A stretch of 64,000 bases of DNA from Microbotryum violaceum (GCA_001244265.2 CDLV01000006.1:1178001-1242000); one strand, 5' to 3'; shown: positions 24,101 through 36,245, counted from the first letter of the stretch. The notes: generated by a model not told the origin, from the letters alone. A program made the numbers and translations.

Positions 24101-26904
24101 GCTTCAGGCCGAGCGGCATTCGTGAGCTTGCCGGTTTCTAATAAGGGTTCTAACGGTTGCAGGCCTAATGGAGCTAGAGCTCACCCGTGTGATTTATGTG
24201 ATGGCCTCACTGAAATGGTTAGGGATAAGGACGCTACAGTGACAAGGCATAGGGAAAAAAGGGTTTACTTTACCCTATGATGTTTGTTGCATAGACGTTG
24301 GCAGTCCGACAGTCGTCCGGATTGCAGTGTGAGGTCCCGGAATCGCTGACACCACCGACACCACCGCCGGGCGCCGGAGCGGCCAAGCAGGCCGGGGAAG
24401 AGTAGAGCCCCGATGTAGCAACTACTGCATTGTCCGCCTTGTCTCACCGGCCAGAAGTGCTATAGACCTGTACATGAAAATACTGTTCCCAGAGTGATAC
24501 ATCACACATTGCAAGAGATACAGGCGTCTACACTATATGTGGTACCACAGTCCCCTATGAACGTGGTACCAGAATAACCTCGGATGTGATCCCAAAGTCC
24601 GCACCGATGTGATCCCAAAGTCGCCTCCGATGTGGGACCAGAGTCGCCTCCGATGTGGGACCAGAGTTGCCTCCAACGTGGGCCCAAAACCCGACCTTAT
24701 GTGAGCCCAGAGTGACGAGCGATTAGAGCGGTTATGTGTGCGTGCGAAAGTTGCAGGAGCTGCTGCCAGCAGCGGGCAACGACGTCAGCCGCGACTCAGC
24801 AGGGGGGGCGGAGATCTAGTACTAGGTAGTCAAACTTGGTGTATAAAGACTTACTCTGACAAAGTCGTTGATCGAAGTGCCTGTCATGACGGCTTGCACT
24901 GCCGAGTGGCGGACAAGGAAAACCCCTGTCACGCCAGATTCCCGAGGTGGAGGTGGGGGTGGACGACGTAAGCAAGAGGAGGACGGGGGTTGATGGCGAG
25001 GTTGACGATGAAGACCAAGGTCAAACTAGAGCAGCATTGAATGAAGGTACATCGAAGGTGGAGGTTTAAGGGTGAGAAATAGACATACAGGTGAAGGCAA
25101 GCAATGAAGGTGGAGGTGGACGTGATTCGAGGTGGAAGCGAAGGTGATGGCGATGGCGATGAAGGGATGAAGAGTGAAGGTAAAGACGAAAAACCTGGGC
25201 GTGAAGGCGATGGAGATGGGGATGAGTTGTGAAGATGGATGAAGGTGAAAGGGCTTGCAAAGGTGAAGGTGAGAGCAAGATGACGCCCAAGTCCGTCGTA
25301 ACCCCTTGGTCACACGATTGTCCTCTGACCCGCTCTGACCTGATTTGTAACAGTAACAGCAACATGAACAAGGAGTGCTCTCGACGGTTGATAAATACCA
25401 ATCGTATTTCCATGCAGCTTCTCGTACTACTTTGAAGACAAACGATTCATTGCTTTTCGTGAACTTCCATGATTCGGAGTCATTTCGAGGGGTCAGATCG
25501 AGCTGGTAAGCCAGGAGCGTGCTTCGTCACGCGAAACTTGTTCACGTCCGGCGGTACCCGAGGCGTACCGTTTCACTACCTCGGCCTCGCTCGCGGACCT
25601 ATGTCAATATCTCACTTGGACCTTTCCATTGTGAGATCATCTCACGGCCACAAAGTGCTTGACCAAGAACTCGGTAAAGTTTTGGAGGCCGTTTCGAGTC
25701 AGCATCAAGACGTTCGCCACGCGTTCAAGTTGGTTTCGCTGGTGAGCACCCGGCCGTCGATGGTCGTGAGTCCGAATCCACCCTATGGTGTTGAAAACGC
25801 AGTCCTCTTCCATGTTTTTTTTAAAGAGAAAAGGCGCTGGCCCCAGCTTTGGGTTTTTAAAGAGCGCCTCGAGATCCGGCCTTCACATAGGTCAGGCCCG
25901 CCGTCATGTCTTGTCGGAACAGAGACCGCCATGATCACAACTGCAGACTCGGCAAGCATCTTCGCCTTTTTCCGAACAGTCGCAGCCCAGAAATTTCGAT
26001 CTGAGAGAATTTCAGTATGCACAACATCTGCATCAAGACCTCCGTCCTCACCGTCTTTGCGCACTAGACTTCTTCCCCCTTCGCCGAGAAGACTTGGTGC
26101 TGCAGTAGTGTTTTGCCCGCGCAGCAGCCGTACACGTAGGGCTTTCTCAGAGTCGGGACTTTCTTGGCAAGTACCTCAATCTTCGAATTAAAGCTGCCGG
26201 TCTTTTCTGATTACTGGGCTTTACCACGTCGCAGAGTGCCTTGGAAAGTCCAGGACTTGCCAGTTCCTTTCACTCGCGTTGCCGATTGAGTGCATGAGTT
26301 GTCGCTTTCAAGAAGCCACTTTCACGCCGACGCTTGACTAGCTTCACTCTTGACATTTGCAGCCCCCACCCCCACTGCACTCGAGGGCAGTGACTTGATT
26401 GAAGGGCACGTGAGCTGGGGCTCAGGCTCTCCGGTTCACCAAACACCTTCGAAGCCGGCCAAAACGAATTCGGGTCCTGTCCATACCCTACATGTGGCCG
26501 GATTCGGCCCGACGCCGGCTGGCGCGGGGCGCTCTCCGGGGTCCAAGCGCGGGCGAGACACTGTTTAGCGCCTACTAGGCTCCGACTAAGCTGTTCCGGA
26601 CAACGCTAACAGCCAGCACCACTTGGGAGCTGAGTCAGTGAATTACTGCCTCGTCGCCGTCTGCCATGGCCATGTATCCCTTGTACTGACCCTCATAACC
26701 CTATCCCCTCCGCTGGCCCGGCATTACACAGCACCGCCTCGCGTGGTCTCCAACGCGCCAGCGCGTGCGGCCTGCCGCTCACCCGACTTCATCATTCCAC
26801 CGTGGACTTGTGACGCGTCCAAGCTTGAAGCTGCATATCACACATACGCACCATCAACACGCGTCTAGGTGGATATCCGTCGCAAATAAGTAGCCTCGAG
26901 CGCC

Positions 26905-28363
26905 ATGATCGCCTCGCGGACAATGATGCTCGTCCCGGTCTTGTTACTGGCGGTGTTCAGTCGGACCAGCCACGCACAAGGCATGGAATTGCCAACGGGA
27001 ACGTTCGCACAGAACGTTACGTCAGACTCGACGCAACTGACGTGTACGTGTCACTTCTCCGCCGTGGACGCACACGCTGCGCCGTCGTGACACCTGGGCG
27101 CTGACTGAGCGGCCTCAACACCTCCAGACACGTCCCTATGGCGATCTGATACAGAGGACGGGTTCTATCAAGGTCGGTCGGCGTCTTTGAGTATGCTCGA
27201 GCTATCATCATGGTCCAGGCGCTGACTTGTTGTACAAAATTGTCTTGATCGCAGCCTACTCCAACCTGTCCGATGCTTCCGTCACCTTCACCTTCACCGG
27301 CGTGGGGGCAACATTCTGGTCGGTCCGCAAAGTCGACCGGGGGCTTTGTCAGTTGATTGTCGACGGTTCGGTAGCCTACACGTACGTCCGAGCCGACCCC
27401 TCCGACATCTTCGAAGCGGATGGCCTGCGTGTGGGCTAGAGCTGACCCTGAAGGCTTTGGGGTATGGCGTATAGAATTGACCTCTACGATGACTCTGGCG
27501 TCTCCAAGGGCCAACAACAGATCTGGTCCAGTGGAGTACTGACATACCAACAGCATACCATCACATTGGCGCAGGTTGGCCCCGATGCTCGGTTCGGCTA
27601 CTATCCCTACCTCATCACCGAAATTTGGACCGAGTTCGTCCCCATCAACATCGCATCGTACACCGCGACAGAGTCCGTTCCCACCGCCCATCCCACCGGG
27701 GGCTCGCATGGACAGGAAGTTTCTGATGCATCGCGGGTCGCCCCTATCATCGGAGGAGTCGTGGGCGGAGTGGTCGCCCTCATCCTGATCTCGTTCTTGC
27801 TCTACCTCTGGCGGCGAGACAAGAAGACACGCGAACGAGGACGGACCGAAGGTGCGCCTGTTTACAAGGTCCGCAAGGCCGGGAAAACGATGGCGATCGA
27901 GGACGAGACCTCGTCCTATGCCCATTCACCGTACAGCCCGGGACCTTATGGCCCGCACGGTCCCGGCGGTGGTTATACCGCCAGTGCGACGGGCACTCAA
28001 TACGGCGGTTCGAACACCCACGTGCACCCTCACAACCTGGCGCTGATGACCCACCACGGTGCCACCCCGTCGCCAGTACATTGGGCCGGAAATCAACACC
28101 TGCTAGCGCCGGCGCATCTTCCTGACCTCACCGACTCGTCCGGTTCCTACTCCTCGGCCCACCCGGTAACCGACGCGACAAGGTACCCCTACGGGCAACG
28201 CTCGATCTCAACACCGTCCAACGTGTCCGTATATGGCGCTCACCACTATCCTCACTATGCCGCGAGCTCCCGCGAGCCCATGACGCGTTCCCCACGCGAT
28301 TATCCTTACGTCACGCAGAGTGTCGCCGACGACATACGGAGATTACCCGTCCCCGAGATCTAA
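26905..28363 (+). CDS. Type I membrane protein (signal peptide, small extracellular domain, TM helix, Pro/His/Tyr-rich tail)
   Basis: Signal peptide MIASRTMMLVPVLLLAVFSRTSHA; exons with YSNLSDASVTFTFTGVGATFW, QHTITL; TM IIGGVVGGVVALILISFLLYLW followed by RR; about 4 exons. Confidence 0.8.
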
Positions 28364-28737
28364 GTGGCGTGACGTGCCGTGACTTCGGGATGGAAGGGGG
28401 TATCCTAAACACTCAGTCCTCTCATCACATTCGTTGTATCACCCGTGATTCAATTATATTATTGTGGTATGTATCTTATTATTAGAGGGGACTTCTTGCA
28501 AGCATGATTGCTACCGCGCACACGATACGAAAGTGAAGGCGCCGCGAGAGGAGGGATGAACAGAGCGGCATGCAGAACGACGTTGCGACTTTTGAAAAAA
28601 CAAGATTTTGAAAGACTAATTGGGAATGAGAGAGAGTGCTCGCAATCGAACCGGTAACGTGACTCGAACCCCATGACGGAAACGATATGAGATGTGTGAT
28701 ATATCCATGGTATATGTATGCGGACACGAGGCGAGGT

Positions 28738-31700
28738 TCAGTCACGACTCATGTGGTAGGGGCACGACTTGCCCCTCTCCAACCACGACTTGATGCAAGT
28801 CCCATGGAAATAGCAAAGGCAGTTCAGCCGAGCCAGTTTGTCGCCGACGCTGAAGTCGTCGTAGCAGATGCCGCATTCCGAGTTCTCCAGTGGCCCCGGT
28901 TGGAGGCGGAAGACGAGGTAGCGACCATTCTGGACGATCGATCCGCCGCCGGATTCCAAACAAATTTTGACGTGGAGCTCTTGCTCCTCTCGATCACCGA
29001 GCGAAGCGAGCACAAGTCCGCAAACTGGGCAGTCGGCAAGCTCGGAAGCGTCCGACGCCCCTGCGTCCGAGGTGCTCGCCGAAGCTACACCATTGTTCGG
29101 GGGTGTCGACGGCAAAGTGGAAGGACTTGGTCGTGAGAAGAAGGTCGACGTCGAGTGGACAGGCGGGAGGGTGAAGGAGATGGTAGCATGGCAGTCCCCA
29201 CAAGTTCGGTGGATGGACGCACAGTTGTCTTCGCGGAACCGTGCAGACGGTTCTTCAACCACCTCTGACGGATCGAGATGGTCAAGGTTGTTCGAACACG
29301 AATGACAAAAGATCAGACCGCATCTGTTTTAGAGCCAAATGAGCAATGAAAGTGAGTGCGCGTCTTTTGACAAAACGCAGAGCTGAACTGACCGGCGACA
29401 ATGATGCTTGCGAACAAAGAACGAAAACTTTTTCAAGCAGTTGCGACACTCGCTGACGGCTTCGTCAGATTCCCAGACCGCCGTACGTGAGACGCTTCCC
29501 GGGCTGGGTGGAAGGGCCCTTGAAGACGACGTATGGGTCCGATTGATAGGAGGTCGGGTCTCGTGCAAAGGGACGCGGAAGTCGGGAGCGCCTGACAACT
29601 GTGGTGTAAGATCAGGGAACTGCGACGTGCTTGCCGAGAACCCGAAATATTCTGGCGCACTGGTCACTGTGGCCGATTGGGCAGACTGCGTCGATCTGAG
29701 ACTAGCTGGGGTCGCAGCGCTATGACTCGTGTACACGGACCGGCGATCCTCGTCGGGATCCGCGTCCTGTCCGTCGTACACGAACTCGTCGTCAGACTCT
29801 GCAAAAGGTAATGAATCACGACGAATATCAGTCGGCATGCCCTCCGGATCTTGATCTGACTTGCAGGAATCCCACACCTTCCTCTGCCTCATTCTGAGGC
29901 AAACTTGACTTGACCAAAGTCAACTGGCGCAGAACAATCTCGAGCTCAGCTTCTGCCTGCCTTCTTCTCTCGCAATTTTCATCGGCGCTCATGCCTTGCC
30001 TCAGCTCATCCGCCGCTCGATCGAGACTCGCGACAGCTTTGCGAAGTGCAGCGACGTCTTGTGTACCGTCAAAGACGGCGAAATGGTTCTTGCCGAGGAA
30101 GTGGGCGCGAACAAGATAGTCGACCTGGCTGACCGTGACGGATGATGAAATCACATTCCCGATTGCATCGACGCGATCTGCAGACTCGGCCAAATCCGTT
30201 GGCCCCGAGGTCGTCAGGTCGGCGTATCCGAAGTTCGGAAGGTCCGGCCGTCTCCTGGCTACTCGGATCCATCTCCGCCTTCTGACCCATTTCTGCCCGC
30301 CCCAGCTTGAAGCCGATCCACTCAGGACGCGGGCCAGCTCCGCCGAAGGCTCCGACGACCATTCGTCTGGTGCTGCTTGAAACGAAGTCGCGTAGGACCA
30401 ACCGTCTTCAGGTGATGATAGATGGTCGGTCAAGTCGACGGTCCAGTCTGAAAGCCAATACCAAGCCGGCTCCCCAGCATCCATAGATGACGAAGGATGG
30501 GTTGAGAGGCTGATCGGCTCGCCTCCGGCCGACAGAACCGCAGAGAGCGATCTGAAAGCTGCGGAATCGTCAACAGCTTTGCCGCTGCTGCTGTTGCTGT
30601 TTGTCCGCGACACACCTCCTCCACCGACACGACCTCCCGACCGTATCTCACGGCGGGCAGGCAGCACGAGGTCGCATTCTTTGCCTACGATGGGCAGTCC
30701 GACCTCGCTCTTGGAGACCGGAAGATCCTCGATCTGGCTGGTCGGCTGCTTGGGGATTGTAACTGCCGTTCGCTTGTCGTTGCGACTAAGAGCCCTTGAT
30801 GTCCATGGGTTCGCATTGAATGCGGCCCCGAGGCTTGAGATCTTCCTGAGCGTCGGCTTGGCCAGTCGTTGGTTCTCCTCCAGTACGACGGCCACGGTCG
30901 AGTGGAGAGCGAGAGCGTTGTAGCCGGTCAAGCTCTGAAATGAAAACCCAGTCCATCGCGTCGCTTCGTACGAGGCTAGAATCGAGCAGATGCGCGCTTC
31001 AAAGACGGCAGCAGCAACTGTCATGGACGTGAAGAAGCGCCCTGGCTTGTTAGTGGGAGATTCGGGATTCGTCTTCGGGTAAACTTAGTCCCAGTCTGAC
31101 TCACGATCGTACGCTGCCTCGCCCCAAGCGTTGCGTACTAGAGGATTTGCACCGCGCTTAAGGAGGAAATGGATGATCGGCAGGTGACCCCTGGACGCTG
31201 CGTTCATCAATGCCGTGAACCCGTGCCTGGATTTTAGGTCGATGCTCGCACCCGAGTCGATGAGGAGCGTGGCGATGTCGAGCCAGCCGAGCGAAGATGC
31301 ATTATGCAGGGGCTATGAACGCATGAGAATATGTTGCAGATATCAGTCACCTGTGACATCAGCGCACTAAGAGAATCGATACTCACTGTCCACCCATCGT
31401 TGTCCTGCGAGTCGACGTTGACGCCCGCCTCATTGACGAGAAACCGACACACGTCGATATGGCCCTTGAACGCAGCTTTGTGCAAAGCCGTCTCTCCATC
31501 GACATCTTCCAAATCAGCCAAAGCGCCACCTTGACTGACGAGCCATCTCACGAGGTCTGCGTGCCCCCGGGCCGAGGCGAGCTGGAGTGGGGTTTGACCT
31601 GACGCGCTAGGTTGATTCGCCAGCGCGAAACCGGTCGGGAAGTGGTCCTCGTCGTCACCGGTCGAGTCGCTAAGTAGTGACTTGAGTCGGTTCAGTTCAC

Positions 31701-32633
31701 CGGCCGTGCACGCCGCGGCGATCATGAATTGCAGGATATCCTTGTCGGTTCGCGACGAGTTGGAAAAGGGGGTCGGACCCAACGTGGCGGCGTCGAGGAC
31801 CTCCAACCGTGACGGTCGAGCGGTCGACGGAGTGGTCGACATGCCTATAGGATTGTCAATGTGAATAAGGGAATGTATGCCAGTTGGGGTGACGGAGATG
31901 CCATAGCTGGTGGACAGGGTCGGCGTGCCAGCGGGGTCGCGGACGGCCGAATTGGACGAGGTACGCTTGCGCGTGATGGGCGACGACGGCGATCGATGAA
32001 TGGTGATGGGTCGCGTCGGCCCCGTATCTGTTAACAAGATCGGTAGGACGAACGACGATGTGGTGGGATCCAGTGCTGCGCTGGGTTTGGCCATTACGGG
32101 GGCAACGAAAGCGGGGGCTGTTGCGGACAGCGACGACTTTCTCCGTTCTTGCTGCTGAGTGTGGGATGGTGGAGGGGGCGATGGCGACGGGTTGCCGTCT
32201 TCACGATGTTCGTGTGGGCTTGCTACGTCTACATCAAGGTAACCGTTCGGTTCGCAGTCCCACTCGCCGCCGGAAAAGAGACGGGTCTCCTGCTCGAGAT
32301 GCTGTCGCGCCCATGCCGACGTCGCCGAGAACGACGATGACGACGACGGCGAGACCGTTCGCTTGCTCCTAAGGGAAGATGGATCCAACTGCTCGGAAGA
32401 TGTTGGTAGAGGTGACAAAGGCGAAGAGGTTTGGAACTGTGGGTTGGTACTACCTGTACCAGGCAAGGCTGACGAGGGCGGTGATGATGACGATGACGAT
32501 GATAGGGGATCCGAGAGCGGATCACTGAAGAGGAATACGACGCGACAGAGCGAGCGGGGAGAGTACACCGCATGAGCCTCGACTACCTGACCACAGTGAT
32601 CAGTCGGGTTGACTGGTTGACTTACCCCGCCAT
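28738..32633 (-). CDS. UPA1: Upa1-like endosomal mRNP adaptor / E3 ligase: PAM2, ankyrin repeats, DysF, PAM2-like motif, FYVE, RING-H2
   Basis: 8-nt first exon ATGGCGGG (32633-32626); PAM2-type SSLSATAPAFVAP; ankyrins GQTPLQLASARGH, GETALHKAAFKGH, GWT|PLHNASSLGW, GFTALMNAASRGH; DysF WYWLSDWTVD...DGWSYATSF...WVRRRRWIR; FYVE WESDEAVSECRNC...RKHHCRR; RING CGICYDDF...LNCLCYFHGTCIKSWLERGKSCPYH. Architecture matches Ustilago Upa1. Confidence 0.88.
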
Positions 32634-32720
32634 GCGTGTTTTGGCCCAGCCTTGGCTCTGTATGGCGATCGACGGCAACGAGTTGGAGGACGCGAGAGAG
32701 CGAGAGAGGGTGAGACTCGA

Positions 32721-33260
32721 ATTTTTTTATTTTTATTTGATAGACTTCATTAACAGCATAATTATATTAATACCTAGAAATCTTCGGAAAAGTCGGAGGG
32801 AATGCTGTTACGCACACTGGCAGAAGCCAGTAGTGTAGGACTCATTGACCCTGAACCAGGATCAACCATACCCACTAAAACCCCCTTTGGTGTCTTACAG
32901 AGACACTAGGCGACCCTTGGACTCCTGGATAGAGGCTCGAAGCCCCTCGAACTCCGTTTCGGTGATCGGTTCCAAAAGGTCCGACGAGAATCGACGACGG
33001 CGACAGAGCTTCCGGATCGAGTGAAAGAAGAGGACTCGTAGTTCGACAAGTCGACGTTCCGAGCGAGACACGACCGGGCATACAAAGTCCACAAAGACTG
33101 GGTGGGGGGTCGGGGACAGAGCAGACCAGAGGCGCCGGGCAAATGGGCAGCCGACCGCGAGGTGAACCAGGCACTCGGGTGCTTCCGAGAGGCACATCAC
33201 ACAGGAGGTAGATCGATTGTTGGGATGTGGTCTGGTTTGGCGAGTCGGCACGCTATAGTT
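32721..33260 (-). mobile_element. 5'-truncated non-LTR retrotransposon (LINE) 3' fragment
   Basis: zf-RVT-type motif SVPTR...CVMCLSEAPECLVHLAVGCPFARRLW, stop at 32895, short 3'UTR and A-rich tail AAATAAAAATAAAAAAA (32721-32738). 5' junction approximate; no TSD found. Confidence 0.85.
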
Positions 33261-33488
33261 ACTAATGGCCCTGATCGCAGCACTATTAACGCAGCATATC
33301 GCAGCCAGCAGCCGCCCCACCTGCTTCGCTGGGCGGCGCACGGACCCAGTCTTTGCGCGCGAGGCGACGCGCGGCTCACCCTGGCTATCCGAGTCGGCGG
33401 CCGAACAGCTCTCCACACCTCGCTGCACTTCCCTCGAGTGCATCCATCTCCACTTCAATCCTCCCTCCACGGCACATCAAAACTTCAA

Positions 33489-35736
33489 ATGCCCCCTTCT
33501 AACGCCGGCAAAGCCGAGGAAGATCTGAGCACGCGTCTGCTCCACGCCGATCACCACCTCGTCGCTCGGCCCGAGGTTGCGCCGGCCATCAGGTGAGCAA
33601 GCCGCGAAGACGGGCATAGACTAGCAGCGGAGCACCGTGCGACACTGCTGGGGCGTAGAAGGCCCCTTCATGTTGTTGCCGAGCGACGTGAAGAGCACGT
33701 GAGCTGATGACGGTGTATATCCCACCCTTTGCACCCCCAACAGCGTCAGCACCACGTTTCGGGCCCCCTCTCCTGCGGAGATCCTTGCCGCCGCTCCGGG
33801 CCATTACACTACCGATTGGGATCCGTCCATTCCCTCGCGGGACATCTATTCCAGGTGTGTGGCAAGTGGTCCTCGTGTATCTCCTCGCTTGCCATTGCGC
33901 TGACATCATGGCGCTCTTGGACGCGGAACCAATCCCGACGGCAGGTACACCCAGCCGGTTTTGACTCAAGCCGAAGCCGTGCTCTCGGCGATCATCGGCC
34001 AGCCGACCATCGCCTACCGTAAGTTCCCGGTACATCCTACCTGCTGCCGGTCATATGTATCATTTTTCTTGGCCCTACCGTTATGCACTCTTCCTGCCCT
34101 TCCGGAGACCCATGCAACCAAAAACTTCTCCCCCCTCATCATCGGTAAACTCTAGCCGAAGCCGGAAGGAAACTGACGACTTTGGATCTGATACTATTGA
34201 CTAGCGAGTGGGATCGCCGCCACGTTCGCAATCTTACTGTACATTCTTCCCGACGTCATCGCCATCACCGACGGCTACCATGGCTGCCATGCCTCGATCG
34301 AGGTCTACCGAAAAACCAGAGGCGAGGACCGAGTTGTGAGTACGCTTCCACCCCAAACAATCGCCTCGATCCCGACCGATCCAAGGAAAGTATGAGTCAG
34401 GGGTTAAAATGGCCTGTATCTTGCCATTGTTGTGTTTCTAGAGCGTAATCAAGCTCGATGACGCCTATCCGAAGGACAAGAAGTTGCTGGTCTGGCTCGA
34501 AACGCCTCTGAACCCGACCGGCGAATGCAGGAGCATCGAAGCTTGTCAGTCGAAGGTCATCTTCCGCGGCGGTACTACGAGGGATTCAGACTGAGCTGAC
34601 CCCTTCCATATCTGGATACTGCTTGTTGCACCCCAGACGCCCAAAAGGCCCATGCCGCGCGCGGTACCATGGTCGTCGACTCGACATTTGCCCCGCCCCC
34701 ACTTCAGGATCCCTTCAAGTGGGGCGCCGACATCGTCATGCGTCAGTCCCTAGTCCAGAGGTAGATCGGACGCGGTCAAAACACGGCACTGACAAACATT
34801 CAATTCTCGTCCACAGACTCTGGTACCAAGTACTTTGGTGGTCATTCGGATTTGCTCTGCGGCACTGTCAGCGTCAAAGACAAGCAGTCGTGGCTGAACG
34901 TGAGCCGATAAGGCCCTCCCAAGAAGCCCGAGTGACCGAATTCCCCTAATTGACCCACGCATGGTCTTGCCCTCGCAGCTGTGGCACAATCGGACGTACA
35001 CGGGATCGAACGAGGGCTCACTCGAATCATGGCTCTTGCTGCGATCCTTGCGGACTCTTGAGGTCCGAGTGACTCGCCAAGCCAAGACAGCGACGGCTCT
35101 GGCACAGTGGCTCGCCTCGCTGACTCGCGCGGCGCCAAACTCCTCGCTCGACGGTCCCTCGGGCGTGGTCTTCCACGTCTTCCACGTCTCCCTCCAAAAG
35201 GACGCCAAAGATTTTGTCGGCGAAGGCAGACAGATGACCATCGGTAGTGCATGCTTCGCCTTCATGACCACGAAGGAATCTTACGCCGTTCACCTCGGTC
35301 ATGCGCTTCGACTGTTCGTGGTGAGTCATCGCCGATTGAGGATCGCAACCGTTGATCCCAGATGGCTGAAGTCTTGTCTTTGTCTCGGCAGCCTGCTACC
35401 TCGCTCGGGAGCGTTGAGTCATTGATTGAGCAGCGAGTCATGTCTGACCCTGGATCTGATCCGAGACTCTGTAGGTTGTCTCGGGGCCCGAGACCTGACC
35501 CATTTTAACCGAGCTGATGTCTCGCCGAGCCATGCATTTATCCAGTGCGTCTCTCTATTGGTTTGGAGGACTTTGACGATCTGAAGCGTGACTTAATTGA
35601 GGGTTTTAACAAGGTCTTGGCTGTGAGTTGATAGGCAGCATTCTAACGACCTTTTCGCCATTCTGGGATGACTCAAGGCAAGATCGCCCGTCTCCACCCG
35701 CAGATCGAGATAGGTCTCACGTCGAGCAAGCTGTAA
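33489..35736 (+). CDS. PLP-dependent Cys/Met metabolism enzyme (cystathionine gamma-synthase/lyase family); spliced form ends in SKL
   Basis: About 11 exons: MPPSN...STRLLHAD...APAISVSTTF...IYSRYTQPVLTQAE, WLETPLNPTGE, VDSTFAPPPLQ, PLP lysine motif MHSGTKYFGGHSD, ATSLGSVESLIEQR, VRLSIGLEDFDDLKRDL; last intron 35623-35703 gives ...IEIGLTSSKL*. Confidence 0.9.
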
Positions 35737-36056
35737 TTGAGTTGTTGCCTGTAGATGAGCCATTGCCGAATGAGTATGACGCTCAGCTAGACAACACCGT
35801 AAGTCAAAATAAACAGATCTGATTGCATAATGCAATCGATGCCCGATATCTCGATCCTCAGGTCCCATCTAGGCCTAGCCCCTAGAGCCGGGTGTCTCAA
35901 CGTTTAGCGTCACTGCCCCCCATGACTCGACCCCGACTCGAGTTACCGTATCATAGGAGAATTCCAGGCTAGCGCTGTGTCGTTCGACGCATATTTCCGG
36001 ACACACTCTCCTGACGTTCCAATTTGGTGATGCGTTCTTTTCTTCAACGTCGGAGG

Positions 36057-36245
36057 TGTTGCAACATGGACTAAGAGGTACTCCACGACTCAGCTCCGAG
36101 ATACACAAGTGAGATGATGAGAATAGCGTGGAGAAGGAACCCAGAAGGAAAAAAGACGCAAAGACAAAGATAGGCGCGCGCGCAGAATAAAGTATTAACC
36201 AAGACTAATAGCAATGAGTTAGGCTCTCAGACCCCACTTCTAACA
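36057..36245 (-). repeat. 3' LTR (189 bp) of the copia element
   Basis: Matches the other LTR apart from about 3 substitutions and the missing tandem units. Confidence 0.95.

Larger units (their letters stand above)
22506..24671. mobile_element. Unclassified ~2.2 kb structure bounded by long (~270-330 bp) inverted repeats; putative non-autonomous TIR/foldback element
   Basis: 22506-22770 is the reverse complement of 24345-24671; the ~190 bp core differs by only about 7-8 substitutions and 3 small indels by eye. Outer ends carry ~21-bp tandem subrepeats (GATGTGGGACCAGAGTCGCCTCC-like). No clear TSD and no transposase. Confidence 0.7.

Noticed and set aside
16660-26572. Weak inverted similarity between ~16660-16740 and ~26450-26572 suggesting a 10-kb element
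   Set aside because: Only short scattered matches and no TSD; not distinguishable from chance by eye.
28640-28680. GGTTCGAGTC tRNA T-loop-like motif on the minus strand
   Set aside because: No cloverleaf or A-box can be built; it lies in the UPA1 3' region.
33489-33960. LINE apparently truncating the Cys/Met enzyme gene
   Set aside because: All 5' exons can be assembled from ATG 33489; the LINE ends upstream.
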